The translations under genes were made by a program, and so were the position numbers. Under the pieces are notes generated by a model, which worked only from the letters and a program-made list of their open reading frames with translations, was not told the DNA's origin and made no database searches. Source: Octopus sinensis (taxonomy: Eukaryota). From it: a DNA stretch of 64,000 nucleotides. Shown piece by piece: positions 27,591 to 41,440 of the stretch. Positions within the stretch are counted from its first letter, which is position 1, and every line of letters starts with the position of its first letter. The stretch spans positions 209,808,001 through 209,872,000 of the forward strand of contig NC_042997.1 in the NCBI RefSeq assembly GCF_006345805.1, written 5' to 3'.

Positions 27591-28990
27591 TTGTATTACT
27601 TAAACAAACTACTCTTTTACTTGTTTCAGTCATTTGACCGTGGCCATACTGGAGTATCGCCTTTAGTCGAGCAAATCGACCTCAGTACCTTATTGTTTGT
27701 TAGTCTAGTACTTGTTCTTACAGTCTCTAATGCCGAACCGCTAAGTTACGGGGACGTAAACACACCAGCATCGGTTGTCAAGCGATGTTGGGGGGGGGAC
27801 AAACACAGACACACAAACATATATACACACACACATACCTATATATATATATATACATACATACATATATACGACGGGCTTCTTTCAGTTTCCTTCTACC
27901 AAATCCACTCACAAGGCTTTGGTCGGCCCAAGGCTATAGTAGAAGACACTTGCCCAAGGTGCCACGTAGTGGGACTGAACCCGGTACCATGTGGTTGGTA
28001 AGAAAGCTACTTACCACACAGCCACTCCTATGCCTATTATATATAAAGTAGAGAAAGGTCATAGCTGTTTACACCTTTCAATTGCAATGTGGTCATTTGG
28101 TGATTCACATATACATACATGTATATATTGCGTATTTGCTATCACTTTCAATGCCCTCATATATCTACTGCAAACACCATCCCTGAGCCTCTCCTAGGTT
28201 TCTCCCCATCACTTGCCAACGTCAACTCTATCCTGCCACTCGCCCAGTTCATCCCTCTACATCACTTCCCCTATCCTCACCACCTCCAATATCCTTCAAG
28301 GACAAGGCGGCGAGCTGGCAGAATCGTTAGCATGCCAGGCGAAATGCTTAGCGGTTTTTCGTACAGGACAGCTGTATAAAGAAGTGCTCATTGCTAAATG
28401 TGGAAGGAGCCTGTTGAAGCGGGAGACCCAAGATGTGGGATGAAGTGACAAAGATCTCAAGATATTGAGCTTAGTGGAAGAGATGATGGCAGAGCAACAT
28501 GAATGGCGATATGCAGTGCTTGAGAAGAATCATCCATCCCAACAGAATTGAGGTTCTGTCAAACCTTTCCCCACAACTCATCTTTTAACCCCCAAATGTG
28601 GTGCCCTATTTCCTTTCTTTCACTTCCTCTCTGCTGGATTCATATTCTCTGCAACCAGCTTTGTTCTTATCTCTAATCATCAGTCACACTGTTTCTCCAC
28701 TGGACTCTTTACCTACTCTACCATTTACGGATTCGTTTGGATACTTACCCTCCGGCTGCACCTCTTCTACACACGGATCACAGCGAACTCTACTCTTGAT
28801 GAGAAATCCTTGCAATACACCACGACGTCTAAAAACCTTTGAACTTTACGTAAAACTGCTGCTATTATTGTCATTACTTTATTTTTATACTTTCTAAACT
28901 TTCCTGTGACCCTTCTGTCCGGCACTAGTCGCCATGATAGATCATTAGCCATTACACACATTTTTTTCTCTCTTTGTTTTTTCTGTGTCC

Positions 28991-29026
28991 CTTTCTGTGG
29001 AAGAGCGTAGGCTCGAAACATAAAAG
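28991..29026 (+). ncRNA. Degenerate minimal hammerhead motif, family E
   Basis: CTTT-CTGTGGA-A-GAGC(gtag)GCTC-GAAA-CA-TA-AAAG. Stems I and II are perfect but the core CUGANGA is altered. Confidence 0.55.
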
Positions 29027-30899
29027 ATTTTTTTCTATTCCTGAACGTTATACTAATACATCTGTTTGTTTTCTACACCACCTGTCTTTGTCTTTTGTTT
29101 TTTTTCATAAACTCTCCCTATATATATATATAATATATATATATATATTATATTAAATTAGAGACAAAACCACTATTAGGCAAATCAAACAATGAAGAAC
29201 TTAAGCCAATACATAAGATTATTTAATTTATATTATTTAAATATATAACAAAATTATTAAAAAATATATATATATATGCCTCATGTACTATGATTACCTC
29301 CCACTCCCCAATCTTGTCCTCTTGGCCTCACTGCTTGCTTTCCCTGACCTGTGTGTCCTACCCACATGCCTTGTCTCACTCTATTAATGCCATCTTCTCA
29401 CCCACACATAACAACAAAACTTTTCCCTCACCCGACCCCAACAAACCAATCTACATCTCTTCTCTTTCTCGCATTTCCTCCTCCCTTCATTATGCCTAGA
29501 CTCTCACTCCCCAATCCTGTCCTTACAATCACTGCTACCCAGTAGCCCCTCCAACTCTATACACACCCAGGTCTTTCGTCACTTACCCGCACTCTTTAAT
29601 CGCACTCCCTTCCCAATAGCCTATCACTTATATTATGACGTTCAAACCTCAAGGGTATGCCCTGGCACTTGCCACTATCTCTCTCTTCCTTTACTCAACC
29701 ATTTCATTTATACTCTGATCCCCATTCCTTGTGAGCATCCCCGGCAGTTTGCCAGCATCTCCATCCTGTGGTCCCCCACTCTCTCTCTCTCTCTCTCTCT
29801 CTTCTTCTCCTGCATTTCCCTCAGGTTGGGCAACCATGTATTTTCTTTGCAGTAGCACACCTGTTTCTGTTTTCATTCCTAATCTTTCTCTCTCCAGCCA
29901 GGTAACCTTGTACTTCCTCTACAGCAAGACATCTGTATCTGTCTCCCTATAACCTTTCCATCATCACCTCCTCCAATGCCTCCCCACCCTCTTGAAGGTT
30001 TTTGCTTTGCAAGTACTTGGTGATCCTGTCAGTGCAGGTGCCACTTAAAAGCACCCAGTCTACACAGCAAAGTGATTGGCATTTGGAAAGGCATCCGGCT
30101 GTAAAAACCTTGCCAAAACTGACCCCACCTGTGCTTGTGCAATGTAAAAAGCACTAATTTCTGTAGAAATAACCTTAACAAAAAGCACTAAGTCCATTCT
30201 GCTGAGTGGTCAGTGTTAGGAAGGGCATCCAGCATTAAAAATCCAGCCAAAAGAGTCACAGAAGTCTGGTGCAGGCATCTGCCTGGCCAGCTCTTGTGGT
30301 AGTATCCCACCCATGCTAGCATGGAACACGGACATTTCCTGTTGCTCTAGTCCACTCAGCTGACAAGAATAGGTATTCTTGCAGTGGACCGGCGCCCTGT
30401 CCAGAACAGAAATACATATTCCATGGAAAACAAGACGCCGACCCTCTCAGTCTATACAACTTGGGAACAATTTTTATCCTTTTTTTTATACACACACGGA
30501 GGCAAAGTGGTTGAGTTCCTTTCAAGTGTTGGGCCTCACAGAGGCAATGACCAAAACCTTTGGCATTATGTTGTACTTGAGAAGACCCATCAAGCCAAGT
30601 GAAATTGCAGTTATGGCAGATACTGTTGTTGCACAAATGGCACCCATACCGGTGGCACATAAAAGCACCCATTACATTCTCGGAGTGGTTGGCATTAGGA
30701 AGGGCATCAAGCCATAGGAAACCATGCCAAATCAGAGTGGAACTCAATGCAGTCTTTTGGCTTTTGAGATCCTATCAGGTCATCTAACCCATGCCAGCAT
30801 GGAAGATGGACGTCAAATGAGGTTGTGATGAGGGAAAATACCCAGGGATGCCTACTGCCTGAAAACTTAATAGATAAGTGGGTGCTGTCTTACATTATA

Positions 30900-31345
30900 T
30901 CATGGTAGTGGTGGAATTGTTGTCGCTGTGTTGGTGGTGGTAGTGGTAATAAAATTGTTGTTGTTGTTAATGACGATAATGGTAGTGGTGGTAGTAGTGG
31001 CGCTGATGGTGGCGGTGGTGGTGATGGGGTTGGGTGGTTTTGATGATGGTGTGGTGGTGGTGGTGGTGATGGTAGTGATGGTGATGGCAATGGTAATACT
31101 CGCGGTGGTGTTGATTGCTAGTGGTGTACACGATGATGGTGGTGGTGGTGATGATGATAGCAGTGGGCATGTGACGGTGGTGGTGGCAGTGGTGATGTTG
31201 ATGGTGATGATTGTACAAATGATGATGATGCTGGCGATGGTGATGGAGATGGTGGAGGCATTGGTCATTACAGCAGTGGCAATAATAATGATGACACCAA
31301 CAACGATAACTAAAACAACAACAACAATGGCAATAATGATGAATG
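30900..31345. repeat. Compound trinucleotide tract (GGT/GAT/ACA)
   Basis: Low-complexity triplets producing spurious poly-V/M/T/H ORFs. A similar tract lies at 59280-59470. Confidence 0.9.
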
Positions 31346-31769
31346 AAAAAAATGAATAACCAAAAAAAAAAACCAACAAAAAATATAAAAAAAAGACTAT
31401 TATTTGGTTAAAGTAGTGACCCATTGTTCGTCTAATGGAGCAAGACTGGGGTAAATGACCAGGTGTGTTTGTATTGAGCGTCTAATTAAATCAGAAACTA
31501 CCTGGTGTTGAGAAGGGAAAAAAAATCTCCGTTCCAAAACCAGGTTTCTTTTGATTTTAATCACAAACATTTCTGCCGTATTTAAATATGTCACAGACAC
31601 CATCGACAACAATGGAACCCGTCCGACAAGTTGCAACATTAAAAGCCTTTTGTATGTTGTTGCTATTATCATGATGTATTTTTCCTGCTTGATTTTCAAT
31701 GCCTCTGCAGCAAAATCTTTGACAAATATATTCAGGAATCAATCAATACTCAGAGAAGCTGGAATAAAT

Positions 31770-31876
31770 GGCATACGGCACAGTGGTTAAGAGTGCGGGC
31801 TACTAATCCCAAGATTCCAAGTTCGATTCCAGGCAGTGACCAGAATAATGATAATAATAATAATAATAATAATAAC

Positions 31877-31913
<37 letters not shown>

Positions 31914-32100
31914 GTAATAATAACATCGAAAAATATCTTAGGAATGAGAAGCCAAGTTTGAAATTTCTCCAAGACCCCTGATGAAGGCTGGAGGGTATAT
32001 CAGCCGAAACGTTTTGTGAACAACAAACAAGATGTGGACAAATATCCATCAAATGTAAATAATGGAAATAAATTTGTTGGACTCCTTATTCATTATAGAG
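31770..32100 (+). mobile_element. tRNA-headed SINE with (AAT)n linker and 3' family-B hammerhead motif (31973-32018)
   Basis: A box CGGCACAGTGG and B box GTTCGATTCC at 31776-31830, then (AAT)n, then CTGATGA-A-GGCTG...CAGCC-GAAACGTT. Confidence 0.75.
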
Positions 32101-33603
32101 TTTGGGGTTTTATCATAGGGAGAGGGAGGTGAGAGAGAAAGAGGAACAGGAGGTGAGAGAGAGAGAGAGAAATTAAAGTTGATTAAACAGATGAGTGGAA
32201 CTGAAGATATAAATAGTGATGCACAGGAATGGCTGTGTGGTAAAAAAGCTTGATTTCTAACCATAGGATAACAAGTTCAATTCCATTGTATAGCACCTTG
32301 GACAACATGTCACCATCTAAATGTGGTTGATGCCAGTGCCTCTTGACTGGCTCCTGTGCTGGTGGCACATAAAAAGCATTATTCCGACGTGATCAATGCC
32401 AGGGCCACATGACCAGCTTCCATGCCGAAAAAAGCACCCACTATACTTGGAGTGGTTGGCATTAGGAAGGGCATCCAGCAGTAGAAACTCTGCCAGATCA
32501 GATTAGAGCCTGGGGCAACCGCTGGCTTTCCATACCTCAATCAAACCGTCCAACCCATGCCAGCATGGAAAACGGACGTTAAACAATGATGATGATGATG
32601 ATATATATATATATAAATACATAGATATACACACAGATATATACACATGTGTATATATATATATATCATCATCATCATCGTTTAACGTCCGTTTTCCATG
32701 CTAGCATGGGTTGGACGGTTCGACTGGGGTCTGGGAAGCCTGAAGGCTGCACCAGGCTCCAGTCTTATCTGGCAGTGTTTCTACAGCTGGATGCCCTTCC
32801 TAATGCCAACCACTCCATGAGTGTAGTGAGTGCTTTTTACATGCCACCAGCACAGGTGCCAGGGGAGGCTGGCAACAGCCACGATTGGCTGGTGCTTAAA
32901 ATTTTTGGCTATTGAAGCAACCAGTAAATCATACATTTTTCATTTGAAAAGGGTTATTTGAAGATTGAAACTCATAACAGAGTAACTCACTGTAAACATT
33001 ATCATTAAAATAAAAATTATCCTCACAAAAAGCCATCTCTAATCATTTTTTCAAATATATATAAGTGTGTGTGTGTGTGTGTATTTACATGCATACATAT
33101 ATGTTTATATGTATATAAGCATGTACAAATGTGTGTGTGAGTGCACGTATGTTTGTGACTTCTTGTCCAGACGTCTCGCAATTGTCATAAATGAATGTCA
33201 GTCATGCGGGCAGCGTCATTCGCTTCCAACATTCTGCAAGAATATGTCTGGCCATAGGGATGCATTACCTTGCTGTGAGACAGGTAAAAAGTTGGGAAGA
33301 GCATCCAGCCATAGAGAATCTGTTGCAATAAACTTCATCTGACCCACACAAGCATGGAAAAGTGGACGTTAACATGATGAAGACAATGATGATGATGATG
33401 ATAATGATATATCATATTATCACCACCACCACCACCACCACTACCACCATCATCATCATTTCATTTCTGTCCTCCACGATGACATGGAATGGATATTCTG
33501 AGAGGTTCCAATAGGTCAAGGGACCATGTCTTGTGCCACTGTCTCAAACTGGTCATGGGTTTTTATTGTTAGATGCTTTCCTAGCACCACACTCCTCTCT
33601 TTC

Positions 33604-33661
<58 letters not shown>

Positions 33662-33662
33662 G

Positions 33663-33695
<33 letters not shown>

Positions 33696-35448
33696 TGTAT
33701 ATTATATATATATATATATATATACATATATATAGATGCAGGAGTGGCTGTGTGGTAAGTGTAGGCACAGGAATAGCTGTGTGGTAAGTATCTTGCTTAC
33801 CAACCACATGGTTCTGGGTTCAGTCCCACTGCATGGCACCTTGGGCAAGTGTCTTCTACTATATCCTCAGGCTGACCAAAGCCTTGTGAGTGAATTTAGT
33901 AGATGGAAACTGAAAGAAGCCCGTCGTATATATGTATATATGTATATATATATATATATATATATGTGTGTATATATATATATATATGTGTGTGAGTATA
34001 TGTTTGTGTGTCTGTGTTTGTCCTCCCAACATCATTTGACAACCAATGCTGTGCTTACATCCCCGAAACCTAACAGTTCAGCAAAAGAGACCTATAGAAT
34101 AAGTACTAGGCTTACAAAGAATAAGTCATGGGGTCGATTTGCTCGACTAAAGGCAGTGCTCCAGCATGGCCACAGTCAAATGACAGAAACAAGTAAAAGA
34201 GTAAAAGAGTATATATATATATATAATATATATGGTTGAGTCCTGTCTTGCATCTGATGTAAATAGAAGATTTAATTTGCATCATAATGTATTCATTAGC
34301 AACATGGTTTCTTAATTAATTACTTATGCAAGGCACACCATAAACTTTGCTAGTTTGCTAAGATTAAATTGCAGATTATACAATGTGTTATGTTATGTGT
34401 AAGTTACACACACACACACATACATACATACACAAGCATACACATAGTAATATAGATATACATTCATTTATGTATATATATATATACATATACATACACA
34501 CACACACAAATATACACATGTGTGTGTACATATACATACATAAACTGGTAGTGTAATAAGGTTTCATTAGCTGTCTGCAGAAGACATCCATATACATTTT
34601 TACATACATGCAAGCATGTATCCATCCAAACATACATGCATACGTACATCATACATACACACACTCTCTCTCTCATATACATTTTCATATGCATGTTCCT
34701 CAATAAACGCACATCATACATACATACAAATACACACACACTCACACACAAATATATATTGTCATGTAGTTTGCATCCATTCGGCCTTCCGAGCTATTGT
34801 GGTTGTTACTGGATTCTACAAAAGTGCATAAAGCTTCTCTCCACCTTTGACCAACACCATAGAGCTGGATCAACAGTCAGCAGTCAGACATTAGTCCTTA
34901 GTCCGTGGACTGAGAGGCAAGGCTAGTCGCACGGCCTCTTGAGAACAAACTGATTAGGGAGTTTACACATAATACACACACACACAAATATATATACTTA
35001 AATATATACATACAGACATATACCTATACAGATACATACACACACATATACATATTTAAACACACAACCCCTCCACTGATACATACACACATATGTACTT
35101 AATATATACATAGACATATTTATAAATACATATATATATATATATATATATATCTATATATTTATACACACAACCCATTGATAACACACACACACACACA
35201 CATACATATGTACTTAAATATATACATAGACATATTTATAAATACATACATATATACATACATACATATATACGTACATATATATTTATATACACAACCC
35301 ATCCATTGATGACACATACACACATGCATGCACACACACACACAATCCTTATGTGTAAAGTGATTTTAAATTGAATAAGATGTTTCATAGCAAACTGATA
35401 TTCTAAGTCCATTTTGGGTCATTTTGTCCAAAGGCAGTCACCGTAAGC

Positions 35449-35453
35449 ATGAG
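35449..35453 (+). CDS. Candidate first coding bases (ATG AG|gtaagt) of the Roco-like gene; exon 35391-35453
   Basis: Acceptor tttcatAG at 35390 and strong donor AG|GTAAGT at 35454. Phase 2 matches the next exon, giving M-R-T-A-R-I-F-L-L-G, with an in-frame TAA upstream at 35404. An alternative phase-0 reading (QTDILSPFWVILSKGSHRKHE) cannot be excluded. Confidence 0.45.
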
Positions 35454-36090
35454 GTAAGTTCGGAATGTTATTATATTTTGTTGCTATGGAGACAAAGAGG
35501 AATTATAATTTGTATTTGTTTAGCCCCAGGTCAACCTTCATTGGTAAAACCCATGATCAAAGGTGTTCCAGGCATGACTATTCTCCTTTGTATTTCAGTC
35601 ATAGTATATCTTGGAATGTATTATCTAAAATGTTCTTAGTTTCTTTTTAAGATGGTACTATACGGTTTTGAGTAAATTTGGCTGCTTGACTTTTTTTCCA
35701 TATGTATATATATCAACTTGTGTGTTCCTTTTCAACCTTCTACACACACACACACACACATGTATATGATGTGTTGTGAATTTATGGAAAGAGACCCCAT
35801 AAAACTCAACAAATTTGTTAAAAAATGGAGAAGAGAAGATGTTAAAATATATAAGAGGATTTTAATTCATGCAGATGATTGTTTCGTACAGAGATATAAA
35901 AATCATGCAAATTCATGGTTTAATTAAATTAATTATATATCACTGTACTCTCCAATGCAAGAAGTATAAACAAAATTTTTACAAAGGACTTGAGAAAGGA
36001 AATCGTAGAATAGAATCTAGGATTTTCTTATTTATCCTTTTGAGAGAAAGAGATGTGAGTCCAGTTAGGTGTATATTTTATCATTCTTAA

Positions 36091-36316
36091 CCCTTTTGTT
36101 ACCAACCCAGCTGAAACCGGCTCTGGCTCTGAATACAAATGTCTTGTTTCCATAAGTTCTGAATTAAAATCTTCCACCACCTACTCATAAGTCACAATTT
36201 ATATTCCTAATACCAGCTTAATGATAACAAAGTTATTTTACTAAATTCTTTGTTATATTTAAAATTGATTGAAAGAAACACAGAACATCTCAACAGAAAT
36301 ACAGTAACAAAAAGGG
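36091..36316. mobile_element. piggyBac-type MITE
   Basis: TTAA on both sides; TIRs CCCTTTTGTTAC / GTAACAAAAAGGG. Confidence 0.85.
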
Positions 36317-38398
36317 TTAAACAAGAATATTACTGACAGTGACTTTGAAGCTTCAGCTAGCTAAGCCATCATCCGCTGATGGCTTAACTGGCAATAATAT
36401 AAAGTCACTGCCAATAATGTTATCTTTGCTTAAGAATAATAAATTTGTGCCCAAGAAAAAAAGTATGGAGTAACCCATCAGATTAATGTAAAATTGCTTT
36501 TTTATTATTATTGAACATAAACACAAACATTAACACACTCACGCACAAATACATGATCATCATGATCATCATCATCAAGATCGTCGTCATCGTCGTTGTC
36601 ATCGTCATCATCATCATTGTTTAATGTCCGCTTTCCATGCTGGCATAGGTTGGATGGTTTGACTGAGGACTGGCAAGCCAGGAGGCCACCACACCAGGCT
36701 CCAATCTGATCTGGCAAGGTTTCTACAGCTGGATGCCCTTCCTAATGCCAACCACTCCGAGAGTGTACAGGCTGCTTTTTACGTGCCACTGGCATTGACA
36801 TTGACCATGCTTGAATGGTGCTTTTTACATGCCACTGGCATGGGAACCAGTCCAGTGGCAGCATCGACCATGTTTGAATGGTGCTTTTTACATGCCACTG
36901 GCATGGCAGCCAGTCAGGCGGCAATGTATATATATATATATATTATATACATGTTTGTGTGTGTTTCGGTGTATTTGTTTTTTCCCACTTGGCAAGTGGT
37001 GTTGGTTTGCTAATTGTAACTTAACAACCTGGCAAAAAAGACTAATAAAACAAGTACCAGATATAAAAATCTAAAAGTATTGGGGTCAGTTTGTTTGATG
37101 AGAACATTTCAAGGCAGTGCCCCAGCATGGCTGCAGTCCAAGGACTGAAATAAGTACAATGATAAAAAGATAAATAGAAATAAAAATTATAATAAAATTG
37201 CACCAACAATATGCTAATGTCAAAAATTTGTAAACCTACTCTACCCATGTTGACAGGAAACAGGTGCTGTCAAAGGTCAGCAGCCATGACCTTCTGTAAA
37301 GTCTGATGAGGGTGGGCAAGAGAGGGCGCTAGTGTCAGATAGCAGTGGCTTGGACTGAATGTTTAATATAATTTTTTATTTGTTCCAGTTGTTAGATTGC
37401 GGTCATGCTGGGGCACCACATTAAAGCATGAGTTGGATGGTTTGACTGAGGACTGGCAATCCAGGAGGCTGCACCAGGCTCCAATCTGATCTGGTAGAGT
37501 TTCTACAGCTGGATGCCTTTCCTAACGCCAACCACTCTGAGAGTGTAGTGAGTGCTTCTTTATGTGCCACCAGCATGGGGGCCAGTCAGGTGGCACTGAC
37601 ATCGACAATGCTCAAATGGTACTTTTTACGTGCCACCAGCACTGGCATATATATATATATAATATATATATATATGTCCTGTTGTTTGCATTTGTATTGT
37701 GTACCACTTCTCTGCTTTTTTCCATCCTTGTTTTCATGTGCAATGGTGCTCTAAGCTTGCAAAAGATGATCTGGAACTCGACTGAGGAAAGAAAACTCCG
37801 AATGACCCGTCCTTGTTTTTTCTTGTATCATCTGACTGTCTGGATGTCTTGTTGTCACCTGTTGTATTCTTGTCCCATTTTTTGTATTCTTTTTGTATTC
37901 TTTGGTCACTTATATGTGAGAATAAATATATATATCTAAATTTTGTACAACTCCCTTATTCTTTCATTCTTTTAGTCCCTTTGTTCTTTCCACTCTCACA
38001 TTTCTTGGTCTTCCCTTCATTCTCACCTTCCCTCCTCTTTCAGTTCACTCTGTCCCTTTTCTTTTTCTCTCCTCTTTCCCTAATTCTTCTATCCCTCTTC
38101 TTCTACCCCTCTCCTCTCCTCCCACCTGACCGGTGATCTGCCAAACCTGACCTTTCTTGTACCCTGAAAACATTCCCTGACATCTCATCGCTCTCATGAT
38201 TGCCTTATTCCCAGCGACTCCCAGCGACCCTTATATGATGTGGGGTAGCCTTGTATCTCTGGACACCCGTGCTTGTCTCTATATCATTCTTCAGCCTCTC
38301 AACACCTGGCATAAACTCACCATCCGACCCTTTCCCCAGCATGGACAGCATACATTAAAGAATGATGAGATACAACTCACTGCCTTTGTCTTTACACA

Positions 38399-38433
<35 letters not shown>

Positions 38434-38958
38434 ATATATATATATAAATTAATAATATCAGGGTAATAAAGATTTTAGGATGCACTTCCTAAAGTCAACC
38501 ACTCCAAGAGTGAAATGGGTGCCTTCTATGTATCACTGGCACAGGTGCCTTTTACATGACATGGCATTGGCCACAACTGCAATTTCCCTTGGCTTGATGT
38601 GTCTTCTCAAGCACAGCATTTTGACAAAGGTCTCAGTCACTTGTCATTGACTCCATGAGGCCCAACATTTGAAATTCATGCTCCATCACCTCAGCCCATG
38701 TTTTCCTGGGTCTACCTCTTCCACAGGTTCCCTCCAAGGTTAGAGTTCAGCACTTCTTCAGGCAGTTGTCCTTGTCCATATGCATCACATGACCATACCA
38801 AGGCAGCCTCTTATGCCCAGTTTTTCTCTCGAGATGCTTACACTCTCTTGTATATTAATACTAATGGTAAGACAACAAAAGAATGAAAGAGACCTCGATA
38901 TTATGTAAATAGAGGAATTTATAGGCAACATAATTATGACAATTATTTTGTTGGCATA

Positions 38959-39017
38959 ATAAGACTCCGAGTTTCGGATGTTGGGGCGGAAACCTGCTCC
39001 GGCATCTCGTCAGTTAT
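38959..39017 (-). ncRNA. Type-I hammerhead ribozyme motif, family A
   Basis: The minus strand reads ATAA-CTGACGA-GATGCCGGAGCAGGTTTCCGCCCCAACATCC-GAAA-CTC(g)GAG-TC-TTAT, with an intact core and a GUC triplet. Confidence 0.78.
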
Positions 39018-39544
39018 CAAGGCAGAGCAGGTTTCTGCCTTGACACCTGAAACTCAGAGTCTTATTATGGCAACCAAATGATTGTCACATATTATATTAC
39101 AGATACATATATATACTCTTTTACTCTTTTACTTGTTTCAGTCATTTGACTGCGGCCATGCCGGAGCACCACCTTCAGTCAAGCAAATCGACCATGGGAC
39201 TTATTCTTTTGTAAGCCCAGTACTTATTCTATCGGTCTCTTTTGCCGAACCGCTAAGTGACGGGGACGTAAACACACCAGCATTGGTTGTTAAGCAATGC
39301 TAGGGGGACAAACACAGACACACAAACGCACATACATATATACATATATACAACAGGCTTCTTTCAGTTTCTGTCTACCAAATCCACTCACAAGGCTTTT
39401 GTCGGCCCGAGGCTATAGTAGAAGACACTTGCCCAAGGTGCCATGCAGTGGGACTGAACCCTGAACCATGTGGTTGGTAAGCAAGCTACTTACCACACAG
39501 CCACTCCTGCGCCTATATATATACATGTATATGTCTGGATGTAT

Positions 39545-39980
39545 ATAAATAAATGGCATGACAGGATTTGATTATTGGGCTCAACTTAAACAGCTGAAAG
39601 TCCATTCTCTGCAATGCTGCTGTGAGCAATACATTATTTGCACCATATGGAAAAAATTCCACCAATATTATCCAAATGATATCAGTATTATGTTTACAAT
39701 TCACCCAATACTGGGCCCCTGTGCAATATGCCCCCTTCAAAGGTCAAGATCACATCACATAAGAACATTGCGACACAATTTCTTCACTGCAAATGGTCTT
39801 GCACTTTACAATATTATCCCAAAAGAAATTTAAGTAGAAAAAGACAAAAAAACCCCAGAACTTTCGAATGGCACCTGGACAAATTCTTCCAGGAAATACC
39901 AGATAAATCACCCACACCTGGATACGTCTCAACCAACAACTCTCTGCTTGAGTGGTCCATGGTGTCCCGAAATAATTAAC
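39545..39980 (+). mobile_element. Decayed CR1-like LINE 3' end
   Basis: DYWAQLKQLKVHSLQ...YII..IWK...LYNIIPKEI...LDKFFQEIPD parallels the CR1 'YWERLK.L.LYSL.RRRERY' C-terminus. Confidence 0.7.
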
Positions 39981-40026
39981 TAAAAGCCTTTTTCCAGGTC
40001 CAATCTAAGTTACCTAAGTTACATAT

Positions 40027-40076
<50 letters not shown>

Positions 40077-41204
40077 TGTCGGGACATATACATATATGTA
40101 TATATAAAGATATATCTTTTATATATATATATACATATACAATGGGCTTCTTTCAGTTTCTGTCTACCAAATCCACTCACAAGGCTTTTGGTCGGCCTGA
40201 GGCTAAAGCAGAAGACACTTGCCCAAGGTGCCATACAGTGAGACTGAACCTGGAACCATGTGGTTGGGAAGCAAGCTACTTACCACACAGCCACGCCTGT
40301 GCCTGTAGATATATATCAATACAAATATAGAGATAATTGTATATAGATTTATTTGAATGTAAATCTTTAATAAAAATGGCTGCTGCATTTGTTAGTCTGT
40401 CTCACACACACAATGTCTACACACACGTTTTCACATATATAAATAAATGTAAAGATATATTTGGATAAACAAATATACATAGACAAATCTGCGTATAGAT
40501 ATAGTGATATTTATTAATATACCAGAATATGAATATAGGTATAAATGGAGATATAATGATATATATTGATATGAGATATCTGGTTATAAATATAGACATA
40601 CACGTATATAGACACATCAGGTTATAAATGTAGAGCCATATTGCAACGTGATAAAATGGTTTACAGCTAAAGAAATGAGTGAGAAAGGCGACAAGTCTAA
40701 TTATGATGATAATTTTAATTAGAAAGTGTCCTGTACTAATTATATTTCTGTCATCACAGAATTATTTCTGGTTGCAATCAGTGTGATGAAGAGTCTTGCC
40801 TACTCTTTCTCCTCCTCCTCTTCCTCTTGACCGGACATATTTTTCCACAGAAGACTGGAACAATCTCGCTTGATGTCAAGACAAGAAGACACACAGACAC
40901 ACACGCAAATGCACACACACACACATACATATAAATATATGTATATGATGGGCTTCTTTCAGTTTCCGTTCACCAAATTCACTCATAAGGCTTCGGGAAA
41001 CCTGGGGCTGTAGTAGAAGACATTTGCCCCAGGGTGCTGTGCAGTAGGACTGAACTGAAAACCACATGGTTAGGAAGTAAGCTTCTTAACCACACAGCCA
41101 CACATGCACAAACACATAATGAGTATTTCAGCAAAGTTAAACCATTTCTGTGGATCTTTGAATGGACAATCTTTCATATCATCGTTATCATTATTGCCAT
41201 CGTT

Positions 41205-41239
<35 letters not shown>

Positions 41240-41440
41240 CATCCTTGTCATCTTATCCTCCACCTCCTCCTCATCATTTGTCATCATCTAACATCCATTC
41301 TCAGTACTGGCATACGTTGGCTGGCTTGGAAGGATCCAATGTGTCTAAAGACCTATACAGATATTAGATGATACATTATACTCTATATCATAATATCGAA
41401 TTGTATTATATTATATCTATTATGTTCTGCTCTGTTGTAG

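Noticed and set aside
30890-31424. Long hydrophobic or poly-His/Thr ORFs
   Set aside because: Products of a trinucleotide tract.
37770-37815. CTGAGGA...GAAT motif in another repeat family
   Set aside because: Lacks GAAA and convincing stems.
40621-40678. Candidate exon VINVEPYCNVIKWFTAKEM upstream of the Roc exon
   Set aside because: Its end phase does not fit exon 41441, and the fitting frame contains a stop.
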